Shown one piece after another: positions 31,094 to 41,049 of a DNA stretch of 64,000 nucleotides. Made by a program: the position numbers and the translations under genes. The DNA comes from Bacteroidota bacterium. GTDB taxonomy: Bacteria > Bacteroidota > Bacteroidia > Palsa-965. The DNA lies in contig JABDAO010000001.1 in the NCBI GenBank assembly GCA_013289095.1, positions 31,223-95,222 on the forward strand. Direction: 5' to 3'. Each line of letters begins with the position of its first letter. Within the stretch, counting starts at the first letter, position 1. The notes below the pieces were generated by a model, which had not been told where the DNA came from, did no database searches, and was given only the letters and a program-made list of their open reading frames with translations.

Positions 31094-32185
31094 TCAGCAC
31101 AGGGCTTTTGCCTCGCGGTAATACTTCAAGGCTTCCTTTACAAGCGAAACATCTGCGGTCCGGTTCACCTCGCAGGAACCGATGCCCGAGAGCAATGTAA
31201 AATTCAATTGCCCCTTCACATTCTTTTTATCGTGCTTCATTAACTCGAGCAATCGATGATCCACAAACGGATCGATAGGCATATGCCCGAAACGTTCGAG
31301 GATAAAGCTTCGGATCAACTCCAGCTCCCCGGCCGGAAGTTTGTTTTTGATAAACGAAATATAGGCTTCGGCCAGCATACCGATTGCAACGGCTTCGCCA
31401 TGAAGCAGGCTGCGCGAAGAGTTTTCCAAAAAATAACTTTCGATGGCATGCCCAATGGTATGGCCAAAGTTGAGGGCCTTCCTTCCTCCCGCTTCAAACG
31501 GATCGGCGGATACAATCTCATTTTTGATGCGGATGGATTGCTCGATAATTTCTTCCCAAACGGCTCCATCGGCTATGTTCGCCGTACGTACAAACTCCCA
31601 ATACGACCTGTCGGCGATGAGTGCATGTTTAACCACCTCGGCAAAACCGCTCATCATTTCCCTTCTTCCCAATGTCTTCAGAAAATCAGGATAGATAAAA
31701 ACGGCCCTGGGCGAGTTGAATACCCCAATTTCGTTCTTGAGATGTTCAAGATCAATACCCACCTTGCCCCCTACCGATGCATCCACCTGGCTGAGCAAGG
31801 TGGTTGGTACGTTGATGAACGGTATTCCGCGTTTAAATGTAGATGCTACAAACCCGCCCAGATCGCCAATTACACCTCCGCCCAGATTGAGAAGCAGGGA
31901 AGAACGATCGGCGCCCATTTCGCCCAGGGCTTTCCATAGGCGGGTGCAGACTTCAATGTTTTTGCTGGCTTCTCCGCTTTCTATCTCCAGCACCTGCAAC
32001 TCCCCGGCACGTGCAAGCGAGGCGCTCAGCACAGGCAGACAATGCGAAGCTGTATTTTCATCGACCAGCACAAACAGCCTTGCCTGTTTGTACTCCGGTT
32101 TAGACAACAACAGATCCAGATCATGCATGACATTGTTGCCGATAAAAATGTCATAACCGTTGGATTTTAAGATAGATTTGGCCAT
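31094..32185 (-). CDS. aroB: 3-dehydroquinate synthase
   Basis: GEASKN, LGGGVIGDLGGF, PTTLLSQVDASVGGK, LNFGHTIGHAIE, HGEAVA, DKK. Confidence 0.96.
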   Translation of the reverse strand: MAKSILKSNGYDIFIGNNVMHDLDLLLSKPEYKQARLFVLVDENTASHCLPVLSASLARAGELQVLEIESGEASKNIEVCTRLWKALGEMGADRSSLLLNLGGGVIGDLGGFVASTFKRGIPFINVPTTLLSQVDASVGGKVGIDLEHLKNEIGVFNSPRAVFIYPDFLKTLGRREMMSGFAEVVKHALIADRSYWEFVRTANIADGAVWEEIIEQSIRIKNEIVSADPFEAGGRKALNFGHTIGHAIESYFLENSSRSLLHGEAVAIGMLAEAYISFIKNKLPAGELELIRSFILERFGHMPIDPFVDHRLLELMKHDKKNVKGQLNFTLLSGIGSCEVNRTADVSLVKEALKYYREAKALC

Positions 32186-32387
32186 TGTAGAGCAAAGAAA
32201 CGAAATAATCACAAAGTACTGATGGTGTATGAACAATCGGTGTACCTGCCATTTCAAGCAGACTTCTCCTTCAGAAAACAGCGGCAGGCACACCCTGTTT
32301 TATTGTTTTTGAAGCTGTCCGCTCAACAACTCCCCAGATTGCCAACCTGTATCTCTGATGAAGGACCTCTATCTATAGATTGAGTGT

Positions 32388-33257
32388 GGGGTAATGTCAA
32401 AAGCTGGGGGGCAGAGATCGAATGACTGCTGCATGTTGGTCCAGCCAGAGACACGTTCCCCCGGGGTTCCCGACACATTCCCGAAGGTTCCCGACATGTT
32501 CCCTAAGCTTCCCGACATGTTTACTAAGCTTCCCGACATGTTCCCTTAGGTTCCCGACATGTTTCCTAAGCTTCCCGACACGTTCCCCAAGGTTCCCGAC
32601 ATGTTTACTAAGCTTCCCGACATGTTCCCCAAGCTTCCCGACATGTTTACTAAGCTTCCCGACATGTTCCCCAAGCTTCCCGACACGTTTACTAAGCTTC
32701 CCGACATGTTTACTAAGCTTCCCGACACGTTTACTAAGCTTCCCGACATGTTTACTAAGCTTCCCGACATGTTCCCCAAGCTTCCCGACATGTTCCCCAA
32801 GCTTCCCGACATGTTTACTAAGCTTCCCGACACGTTTACTAAGCTTCCCGACATGTTTACTAAGCTTCCCGACATGTTCCCCAAGGTTCCCGACATGTTT
32901 ACTAAGCTTCCCGACATGTTCCCTAAGCTTCCCGACATGTTCCCCAAGGTTCCCGACATGTTCCCTTAGTTTCCCGACATGTTCCCCGAGGTTCCTTACA
33001 CGTTCCCTGAGGTTCCCGACATGTTCCCCGAGGTTCCTGATTCTTTCTCCTAATCGAATCACATTCTATACACACTTTATCACATTCTATCCAGTCTTTA
33101 TACCAAGCATTACAGTTTCCAGACACTTCTATACATCCTTTATCGGCTGCAGGAGAGCTTTCTCCCATTTAAAGGCTCATCCCGGGAGGCATCGGGTCTT
33201 TAAAATGACCAAGAAAAGGTATAAAACAGGTTACTCCCCGGAAAATGACTTTGACCC
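32388..33257. mobile_element. Non-autonomous insertion element, family A copy 2 (870 bp)
   Basis: 8-bp direct repeat TTGAGTGT at 32380-32387 and 33258-33265. Ends are GGGGTAATGTCAAAAGCTGGGG and CCCGGAAAATGACTTTGACCC. Confidence 0.88.
32467..33141. repeat. 21-nt tandem array
   Basis: About 27 units of TTCCCGACA(T/C)GTT(TACT/CCCC/CCCT)AAG(C/G), followed by about 4 units of a different 21-mer (ATCACATTCTATACACACTTT-like). Confidence 0.97.
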
Positions 33258-33512
33258 TTGAGTGTCTGCATCTATAGATGCAGCACAGATAATCACTTCC
33301 CTACATGCCGAAGCTCTGTCAATCACAACAGCAGACAGGTGTGACTAAAATCATTCAGTGATCATAACGTTCTCAATAAGGCGTGATTTGCAACACCGTT
33401 TCTCTCCATTTTGAAGACTTAAAGATAATTTCGGTGAGCATGTAGTCTTCGCTGAGCGTGCTTTTTATGCCATCAGACAACGATTGCCCTTCCTCAACTA
33501 ATTCCAAATCAA

Positions 33513-33520
33513 TATCTTTG
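33513..33520 (+). promoter_or_regulatory. -7 promoter element (TATCTTTG)
   Basis: TAnnTTTG about 20 nt upstream of the proline dehydrogenase ATG. Confidence 0.55.
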
Positions 33521-33540
33521 CGCCCAAATCCATCTCCAAC

Positions 33541-34707
33541 ATGGTTTCATTCGACAATACAGAGATCGCTTTTTCGGGAAAAACACAAAAAGACCTGAAC
33601 CGTTCTTACTGGCTTTTCAAAATGGTGAGTAACCCGGGCCTGGTAAATTTCGGGAAGAGCATGACCGATTTCGCCCTTCGTACCCATCTTCCTATACGGG
33701 GTATCATCAAGGCCACCATTTTCAGACAGTTTGTGGGAGGTGAAGACATTGAAGAATCAAAAAAGACCATTGCCGAGCTTGGCAAATACCAGATCGGCAC
33801 CATCCTCGATTATTCGGTTGAAGGCGCAGAAACCGAAACAGCATTTGAGGCCTGTACCAAAGAAACCCTTGCTACCATTGCATTAGCCAGCGTCAATGCC
33901 CATATCCCCTTTTGTGTTTTTAAGGTAACCGGTCTGGCCCGTTTTGCCCTCCTGGAGAAGGTGAGCGCTCAGACAGCGCTCAGCGGGGCCGAAGCGGTTG
34001 AATACGAAAAAGTAAAACAACGTGTTTCGAACATCTGTGCCCGGGCTGCCGAAGCCGGTATTCCCATTTTTATTGATGCCGAAGAAAGCTGGATACAACC
34101 GGCCGTTGACGAATTGGCCGTTGAAATGATGAAACGTTTTAACCAGCAAAAACCCTTGGTTTACAATACCTTTCAACTGTATCTGAAAACCCGGCTCGAA
34201 TACCTTCGTCATTCATTTGCCCAGGCCCAGGCCGAAGGATACCTTATCGGCGCCAAACTCGTGCGCGGAGCGTACATGGAAAAAGAACGAGAAAGGGCCA
34301 CATCCATGAACTATCCAAGCCCCATACAGAATACCAAGGCCGATACCGACCGCGATTACAATGCAGCGCTTGAATTTTGTTTAGAACATATCCCCCGCAT
34401 CGGTCTCTGCGCCGGGACCCATAACGAAGACAGTTCCATGCATCTTGTCCGGGGCATGGAAAAGAACAACATCCCACACAACCATCCGCATATCTGTTTT
34501 TCACAGCTTTTTGGGATGAGCGATCACATCAGCTTTAACCTGGCCAAAGACGGGTATCATGTTGCCAAGTATGTTCCCTATGGTCCGGTAAACGAAGTGC
34601 TTCCATACCTAATCCGCAGGGCCCAGGAAAATACTTCTGTAAAAGGACAGACCGGGAGAGAGCTTTCGTTGATTATGAAGGAAAAGGAAAGACGGAAGAA
34701 AAAGTAG
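33541..34707 (+). CDS. Monofunctional proline dehydrogenase
   Basis: FIDAEES, NTFQLY, KLVRGAYMEKE, GTHNEDS, QLFGM, KYVPYGP..EVLPYLIRRAQEN. Confidence 0.94.
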   Translation: MVSFDNTEIAFSGKTQKDLNRSYWLFKMVSNPGLVNFGKSMTDFALRTHLPIRGIIKATIFRQFVGGEDIEESKKTIAELGKYQIGTILDYSVEGAETETAFEACTKETLATIALASVNAHIPFCVFKVTGLARFALLEKVSAQTALSGAEAVEYEKVKQRVSNICARAAEAGIPIFIDAEESWIQPAVDELAVEMMKRFNQQKPLVYNTFQLYLKTRLEYLRHSFAQAQAEGYLIGAKLVRGAYMEKERERATSMNYPSPIQNTKADTDRDYNAALEFCLEHIPRIGLCAGTHNEDSSMHLVRGMEKNNIPHNHPHICFSQLFGMSDHISFNLAKDGYHVAKYVPYGPVNEVLPYLIRRAQENTSVKGQTGRELSLIMKEKERRKKK

Positions 34708-34802
34708 GGATTGGTGGCGTATCTGTTTTTTTATTCTGATTTTAAATTTCGGATTCGAACATTTTTCTGTACACATGCCTGCATTTTCATCATTAATCTT
34801 GA

Positions 34803-34891
34803 GGGCATCTCTAATAATCCCTTCCAAACATTCCCTCTCCTTGGGAGAGGGTCAGGGAGAGGTCAAGAAAACGGGGGTATTAGAGATGCCC
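34803..34891. mobile_element. ~90-bp MITE, family D copy 1
   Basis: TIR GGGCATCTCTAATA / TATTAGAGATGCCC, 4-bp direct repeat TTGA on both sides, internal CCCTCTCC-TTG-GGAGAGGG hairpin. Confidence 0.8.
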
Positions 34892-35095
34892 TTGATTAAA
34901 ATTCTGTTCCAGCAAACAAGTCTATTTCATATATTTGATAGTATCAAATGATACCATCATGATGATGAAAAGACCGTTCGCATTTATATTTCGCCGGACG
35001 GAAAAATAGTCAAAACAAGCTATACTGCCTGATTGGGCTCTGAACCGATGCTGTGCCTGGAGGATTCCAAGGTAGGTGGATAAAAAGCATGCCCC

Positions 35096-35509
35096 TTATT
35101 TACAGTCGCAGGTATCTGTCTTCAACCCCAGATCAATGGCGGTGATGAGTTCTGTCTTGCCCTCGCAGGCCCCGCAGATGAGACGCAGGTGGTGACCGTT
35201 TTTGGTAGTTCCCTCGATGGCGTATTTGGGGCAGGGTGTGGCATGCACTTCGCTTTTGCCATAGTTCACTTCACCATGTTTGATGATGTCTTTGATCTGT
35301 TCCTCGGTGATGCCCCGGCAGTACATTCTGCACTCGGCATGTTTGCTCAATACCAGTTTGTTGGTATCGAGTTGCATAATGATGCGTTGGGTAGGCAACC
35401 AGGAAGTAAGCGCATTGTCGGGCCGGTTCTTCATCAGACCGAACCAAACAATCAGGGCACCGATGCCGAAACCAAAGAGATATAAAAGAAGACGTCGTCC
35501 GAAATTCAA
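35096..35509 (-). CDS. DUF4258-like membrane-anchored protein
   Basis: N-terminal TM, SWLP..R, SKHAECRMYCRGI, GEVNYGKS, C-terminal CDC. Confidence 0.72.
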   Translation of the reverse strand: MNFGRRLLLYLFGFGIGALIVWFGLMKNRPDNALTSWLPTQRIIMQLDTNKLVLSKHAECRMYCRGITEEQIKDIIKHGEVNYGKSEVHATPCPKYAIEGTTKNGHHLRLICGACEGKTELITAIDLGLKTDTCDCK

Positions 35510-35585
35510 GAGGGGGAGGTATCAGTACAAGGAATGAAAGGAAATACTCAATGAAATATTCAATTTAACTGTCGCGCTGGTTTTA

Positions 35586-36803
35586 TCAGATTGCTGCCAT
35601 CAGCAGGTCTATATCGGTATAGGGCAGATGAAAACAATCGGCCAGGTATTTGTTTGTGAGCGAACCATAATACATATACACCCCGTAACGCACCCCCATA
35701 TCGCTTTTCAGCATTTTGTCAACCCCTCCCTCTTCGCCGATGTTGAGCAGGATGGGTGCAAAGATGGTGCTGAATGCATAGCTGGCGGTACGTGCAACAC
35801 GCGAAGCGATGTTGGGCACACAGTAGTGAATAACCCCGTGTTTGCGGAATACCGGTTTGGTATGGTTGGTTACTTCGGATGTTTCGAAACAACCGCCCTG
35901 ATCGATGCTTACATCCACGATTACCGAGCCTACCTTCATTTCGCTCACCATTTCTTCGCTTACCACACAAGGCGTACGGCCCTGAGGCACACGCATGGCC
36001 CCGATCACTACATCGGCTGTTTTTAGGTGCTTGGCCAACACCCGGGGTTGAATAATAGAGGTAAAGACACGGGTACCGATGGCACTTTGCATACGGCGTA
36101 AACGGTACACCGAATTATCGAACACTTTTACGGAAGCGCCTAGTCCCAGTGCGGCGCGTGTGGCAAACTCGCCAACGGTACCCGCTCCGAGTATGACCAC
36201 TTCGGTAGGCGAAATACCCGAAATGCCTCCCAGGATAGATCCCTGGCCATTGTTGGCATTGCTTAAATATTCGGCCGCAATAAGTATAGAGGTGCCACCG
36301 GCAATTTCGCCCATGGAACGGATTACCGGAAAAATGCCGTCTTCATCCTTGATCCAGTCGAATGCAATGGCGGTGATCTTTTTGGCCATCAGCTCCTTTA
36401 CAAAATTCTCGGGTTGAACCGAAAGCTGCAGCGCAGAAAGAAGTGTCTGGCGAGGTTGCATGAGTTCGATTTCCTGAAGCGAGGGAGGGGCCACTTTCAG
36501 GATTACATCGGCTTTATAAACTTCCTCGGCGGTGTTTACGATCTGGGCTCCGGCTTCGCTGTAGTCATGATCCTGAAAATTGGCCATGCGTCCGGCATTG
36601 CTTTCGATAACCACTTCGTGACCATCGTTTACAAGCAAGGCAACGGCATCGGGAACAAGCGCAACCCGGTTTTCCTGAAACGAAATTTCTTTGGGAATGC
36701 CAATAAACAGTTTACCTTTTTTTCGGCCCACTTCCAGCATTTCTTCCTGGGGCAGCAGCGCAGTCTGGGCAAGTGTGGCAAGCAATGATTTTGTTTTGCT
36801 CAT
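35586..36803 (-). CDS. ald: Alanine dehydrogenase
   Basis: IGIPKE..QENRVAL, MGEIAG, VILGAGTVG, IVDVSIDQGGCFETS, HYCVPNI. Confidence 0.9.
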   Translation of the reverse strand: MSKTKSLLATLAQTALLPQEEMLEVGRKKGKLFIGIPKEISFQENRVALVPDAVALLVNDGHEVVIESNAGRMANFQDHDYSEAGAQIVNTAEEVYKADVILKVAPPSLQEIELMQPRQTLLSALQLSVQPENFVKELMAKKITAIAFDWIKDEDGIFPVIRSMGEIAGGTSILIAAEYLSNANNGQGSILGGISGISPTEVVILGAGTVGEFATRAALGLGASVKVFDNSVYRLRRMQSAIGTRVFTSIIQPRVLAKHLKTADVVIGAMRVPQGRTPCVVSEEMVSEMKVGSVIVDVSIDQGGCFETSEVTNHTKPVFRKHGVIHYCVPNIASRVARTASYAFSTIFAPILLNIGEEGGVDKMLKSDMGVRYGVYMYYGSLTNKYLADCFHLPYTDIDLLMAAI

Positions 36804-36887
36804 GGTATTTTTGATGAACCGGGGATACTTTTACATCAGTTCTGGGTTCGGCCAACAAATATACCGAAAGTACCCGAACCCGCATCT

Positions 36888-37310
36888 TCAGATAGTGCGA
36901 AAAGAAAGGATACGCTCCTCGTCCTGGAGGGTGATCTGGAGGTGAAGACAATCAGCCGGCAGCAAGCCGTCTATCTTTTCGGGCCATTCAATAAAGCAGT
37001 AATGGCCCGAATCGAGGTATTCTTCAAAACCCATATCGAGGGCTTCGAGGGGGGTAAGGATGCGGTAGAAATCGAAATGAAAGATCCGTATCCCTGCCCT
37101 GCCCTGGTATTCATTCACTAATGAATACGTAGGACTGGCTGTAGGACCCTCCACCCCCAACATCTGGCAGAGGGTTTTGATAAAGGTGGTTTTGCCGGCA
37201 CCCATCTGACCGTGGAATGCAAAGATGCGTTGCAGGGGGTGTTCCTGCAGTAGCTGTGCGGCTGCTGCCGGCAGATCGGAAAGCTGATGAATTGCAATAT
37301 TTTTTGACAC
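36888..37310 (-). CDS. tsaE: tRNA t6A biosynthesis ATPase
   Basis: GQMGAGKTT, SPTYSLVNEY, HFDFYR, IEWPE. Confidence 0.95.
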   Translation of the reverse strand: MSKNIAIHQLSDLPAAAAQLLQEHPLQRIFAFHGQMGAGKTTFIKTLCQMLGVEGPTASPTYSLVNEYQGRAGIRIFHFDFYRILTPLEALDMGFEEYLDSGHYCFIEWPEKIDGLLPADCLHLQITLQDEERILSFRTI

Positions 37311-37369
37311 AGAGAGCTGCTTTACACCATCATCTACCCAACCAAATGAAGGATATAGACAAGGCTGAT

Positions 37370-38923
37370 CTATTTCGGACTCATCACAACAAACGGAATA
37401 ATCATCTCCTCCAGCGAAATGCCCCCATGCTGGAAGGTGTTTTTGTAATAATTCACGTAGTAGTTGTAGTTATTGGGGTAGGCAAAGAACTTGTCTTCCT
37501 TAATAAAAATGAAGGCCTGACTAACATGTTGCTTGGGCAGATAGGCTTCTTCGGGTTTGCGTACTTCGAACACATCGCGTTTTATATAGTCCAGGCTCTT
37601 GCCTTGTTTATAGCGTAAATTACTGTTTACGTTTTTATCGCCTACCACTTTCGATGGTTCGGTTACCTTGATGGTGCCATGATCGGTAGTGATAATGAGC
37701 TTGCCTTTTTTATCGGCTATTTGTTTGATGATGTCATGCAGCGGAGAGTGTTCGAACCAGCTCACGGTAATAGAGCGGTAAGCCGCTTCATCATCTGCCA
37801 ATTCACGGATCACTTCCATCTCGGTACGGGCGTGACTCAGCATATCCACAAAGTTATAGACAATCACATTAAGCTTGTTGCCCATGAGGTTGTTGAAATT
37901 CTCGCTCAACCTTTTACCCGCAGCATGATTGGTTATTTTGTTGTACGAATGTTTTACATCCTTGCCCAGCCGTTTGAGATTGGCAGCCAGAAACACATCT
38001 TCGAACTGGTTCTTGCCTCCCTCCTCTTCATCATTCAGCCATTGGTTGGGGAACATCTTTTCGATTTCGGATGGAAGAAGCCCTGCAAAAAGTGCATTTC
38101 GTGCATATTGGGTGGCAGTAGGCAGGATGCTGAAGAAGAGGTCTTCCTGATCGGTTTTGAAATAAGAATGAAGGATGGGTTGCAACATTTTCCATTGATC
38201 GTAACGCAGGTTATCAATAAGGATGAGGAACACCGGTCCATCGCCTTCCAACTGGGGGATGACTTTGTTCTTCAGGAGCGTATGCGAGAGTGTTGGAGGA
38301 TTCTTTTCCTTGCCGTTGAGCCAGCTGAGGTAATTGTTTTCGACAAATTTGCTGAATTGGGCATTTGCTTCATGTTTCTGCATGGCGAGCACTTCAGACA
38401 TGCTTTGATCGGAAGAGCGTTGGAGTTCGAGTTCCCAATACACCAGTTTTTTATAGACCTCTACCCATTCGGAATGCGAGAGACGGTCGCTCAGGGTCGT
38501 GCCTATGCTCCTGAATTCCTGCTGATAACCCGAAGTGGTTTTTTCGCTCACCAGTCGTCGGTTATCAAGTATCTTTTTGAGAGAAAGCAGGATCTGATTG
38601 GGGTTCACCGGCTTGATCAGATAATCGGCAATTTTCGACCCGATTGCGTCTTCCATGATCCGTTCTTCCTCGCTTTTGGTGATCATCACCACAGGCAGGT
38701 CGTTTTTCATGCTTTTGATGCGGGCCAGGGTTTCTATTCCCGACAGACCAGGCATATTCTCGTCGAGGAAGACTATATCGAAATTTGTGGTTTTGATCAG
38801 ATCCAGGGCGCCGTCTCCACTGATTGCTGTCTGGACATCGTATCCTTTTTCTTTGAGAAACAAGACATGGGGCCGGAGAAGTTCTATCTCGTCATCGGCC
38901 CAAAGAATCTGTATTTTGTCCAT
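37370..38923 (-). CDS. porX: T9SS response regulator (receiver + PglZ domain)
   Basis: ILWADDE..FLDENMPG receiver; IDNLRYDQW, ILPTATQYARN, TTDHG, FQHGGISLEEM; flanked by tsaE and a divergent HD gene. Confidence 0.93.
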   Translation of the reverse strand: MDKIQILWADDEIELLRPHVLFLKEKGYDVQTAISGDGALDLIKTTNFDIVFLDENMPGLSGIETLARIKSMKNDLPVVMITKSEEERIMEDAIGSKIADYLIKPVNPNQILLSLKKILDNRRLVSEKTTSGYQQEFRSIGTTLSDRLSHSEWVEVYKKLVYWELELQRSSDQSMSEVLAMQKHEANAQFSKFVENNYLSWLNGKEKNPPTLSHTLLKNKVIPQLEGDGPVFLILIDNLRYDQWKMLQPILHSYFKTDQEDLFFSILPTATQYARNALFAGLLPSEIEKMFPNQWLNDEEEGGKNQFEDVFLAANLKRLGKDVKHSYNKITNHAAGKRLSENFNNLMGNKLNVIVYNFVDMLSHARTEMEVIRELADDEAAYRSITVSWFEHSPLHDIIKQIADKKGKLIITTDHGTIKVTEPSKVVGDKNVNSNLRYKQGKSLDYIKRDVFEVRKPEEAYLPKQHVSQAFIFIKEDKFFAYPNNYNYYVNYYKNTFQHGGISLEEMIIPFVVMSPK

Positions 38924-39230
38924 AAATCTGATTTTGAAGCTTGAGGATTGGATTATACCGCTTTAAAGATACGATATTAGGCAGTGGTTGAATCTACAAA
39001 CGTGCAGAAGCCTGGTTTATTGTGTATTTATTAAACCTTAACTTTGATCTCGTTTCACGCAAACCAGGAGGTGATGAAACACAGCTCAAATAAGATGATT
39101 AGGATGGGTTTCAGTATTTACGGGCTGCAAAAATCATCCTAATCTTAAAGATCAGCGCCTGTCCAGCTGAAAGCGGGGTTCTATCAACACCTGGGTTTTC
39201 TTCAAATTGTTTCTTCTTAACCTATACATA

Positions 39231-39413
39231 ATGAAACCAAGCGTGTTAAAACAAAAAATATCCAGCCTTTTAAGCCGGATCGACAATGCCGAATTTCTCG
39301 AGGCATTGCAGATTACCCTGAAGGAACAACTTGACATCGAAAATAAGGAAACCTTACTGGGCGAGAGCATTCAGAAGATGCACAAAAGACAGGGCGCCAA
39401 CCCGAAAAAATGA
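39231..39413 (+). CDS. Small hypothetical protein (60 aa)
   Basis: MKPSVLKQKISSLLSRIDNAEFLEALQITL..., helical; AT-rich upstream sequence. Confidence 0.45.
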   Translation: MKPSVLKQKISSLLSRIDNAEFLEALQITLKEQLDIENKETLLGESIQKMHKRQGANPKK

Positions 39414-39551
39414 TAAATTTGCCCACCTGCAAGGCTTCGAAACACGTTCGGATTTTATACCGGAATGAGGTTCCTGCCTTGAGTCGGGTGAGATGAATGT
39501 GAAAGATCCGGATGTCCCCATCCGGCGAGCGAAATGTGTGAATACAAATCC

Positions 39552-40808
39552 ATGAAACCAGCATCATTAAAACGTAAAATATTCAACGATCCCATCTATG
39601 GTTTCATCACCGTGCCCGATGAGTTAATCTTCGCCCTGATCAATCATCCCTGGTTTCAGCGTCTGAGACGGATCAAACAACTTGGGCTGACCAACCTGGT
39701 TTATCCGGGGGCGCTGCATACGCGATTTCATCATGCCCTCGGAGCCATGCACCTGATGACCGAAGCCATTGAAGCGCTCCGTTCCAAAGGCCATTCCATA
39801 ACCGACGACGAAGCCCAGGGAGCAACCATCGCCATCCTTTTACATGACATCGGGCATGGTCCGTTCTCGCATGCGCTGGAGCACAGCATTGTGAACAAGA
39901 TCTCGCACGAGACCATTTCGGAGTTGTTCATGGCCCAACTCAATACTGAATTCAAAGGAAAACTTTCGCTCGCCATCCGTATTTTCAGGGATGAACACAA
40001 AAAAAAATTCCTGCACCAACTCGTCAGCAGCCAACTGGATGTTGACAGGCTGGATTATCTCAAACGCGACAGTTTTTTCACCGGCGTTTCCGAGGGGATT
40101 GTCAGTTCAGACCGTATCATTAAAATGATGAACGTAGTCGATGACGAACTGGTGGTTGAAATAAAAGGCATTTATTCGGTCGAAAAATTTATCATTGCCC
40201 GCCGTCTGATGTATTGGCAGGTTTATCTTCATAAAGCGGTGTTGAGCGCCGAAAATCTGCTGGTCAATATCCTGGCCCGAGCCAAGGAACTGGCCCTGAA
40301 ACAGAAAAAGGAACTATTCTGTACCCCGGCCTTGCATACATTTCTGTATTCCAAACTGACAAAGGAAGATTTTTCGGTCAGACCAGAACTATTGCAGATT
40401 TTTTCTGAACTGGATGATAACGACATCATGGCTTCGGTAAAGGTCTGGACCAAACACTCCGATAAAATCCTTTCCCGGCTTTGCACCAACCTGGTCGACC
40501 GCCACCTGTACTGCGCAGAGCTTCAAAAGCTGCCGTTTGAAAAAAGCCTGATTGCTTCGCTCAAACGCAAAACCCAGCAAAAATATGGGTTGACTGAAAA
40601 GGAAGTCGGTTATTTTGTCTTCACGGCCTCGGTCTCGAATGATACGTACCGGCCGGATAAGATAAAGATCAAAATCCTGACAAAAGATGGGTCTGTGCTC
40701 GATCTTGCCAAAGCATCCGATCAGCTTGGCATCGGTAGCCGGACACATACCATCAGCAAATCCTTTCTCTGCTATCCCAAAGAGTTCAGGACGGGTATTT
40801 CTTCCTGA
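39552..40808 (+). CDS. HD-domain phosphohydrolase (dNTP triphosphohydrolase-like)
   Basis: NDPIYGFI, FQRLRRIKQLG, HTRFHHALG, LLHDIGHGPFSH, LDVDRLDYL.RD. Confidence 0.93.
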   Translation: MKPASLKRKIFNDPIYGFITVPDELIFALINHPWFQRLRRIKQLGLTNLVYPGALHTRFHHALGAMHLMTEAIEALRSKGHSITDDEAQGATIAILLHDIGHGPFSHALEHSIVNKISHETISELFMAQLNTEFKGKLSLAIRIFRDEHKKKFLHQLVSSQLDVDRLDYLKRDSFFTGVSEGIVSSDRIIKMMNVVDDELVVEIKGIYSVEKFIIARRLMYWQVYLHKAVLSAENLLVNILARAKELALKQKKELFCTPALHTFLYSKLTKEDFSVRPELLQIFSELDDNDIMASVKVWTKHSDKILSRLCTNLVDRHLYCAELQKLPFEKSLIASLKRKTQQKYGLTEKEVGYFVFTASVSNDTYRPDKIKIKILTKDGSVLDLAKASDQLGIGSRTHTISKSFLCYPKEFRTGISS

Positions 40809-41049
40809 TTCTGCTCGTCCGGTCTTTCTGAACCGAACCGCCCTGCTGATTCCCGCTCCTGCTTCAATATTAAAGGTACAGGAGGGTATTTAATCTATTT
40901 TGAGTATTTTTGGTCTCACAGAAAATTTCATTGGGTCCGACAGACCGTTTTAACCGTGACAGACAGGTTAATAGAGTGCCGTCAACCGCGATTCAGTGAA
41001 TGACACAGATAAAAAGCACACAGCACACAAAACGCGTAGCTTCTAGCAA

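Noticed and set aside
32467..33141. Possible CRISPR array (also 11718-11918 and 47781-48032)
   Set aside because: Units are contiguous with no unique spacers, and there are no cas genes in the window.
33301..33445. Imperfect inverted ends CTACATGC...GCATGTAG
   Set aside because: Only 8 bp of perfect IR, a single copy and no TSD; not enough to call an element.
37370..38923. PglZ domain as a sign of BREX phage defence
   Set aside because: It is fused to a receiver domain in the tsaE-porX-HD context, so it is PorX. No brx genes are present.
39231..39413. Small ORF as the antitoxin of a toxin-antitoxin pair
   Set aside because: No adjacent toxin-like ORF could be read.
39552..40808. HD dNTPase as an antiphage system
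   Set aside because: It occupies the conserved core position upstream of the lpx genes, not a defence island.
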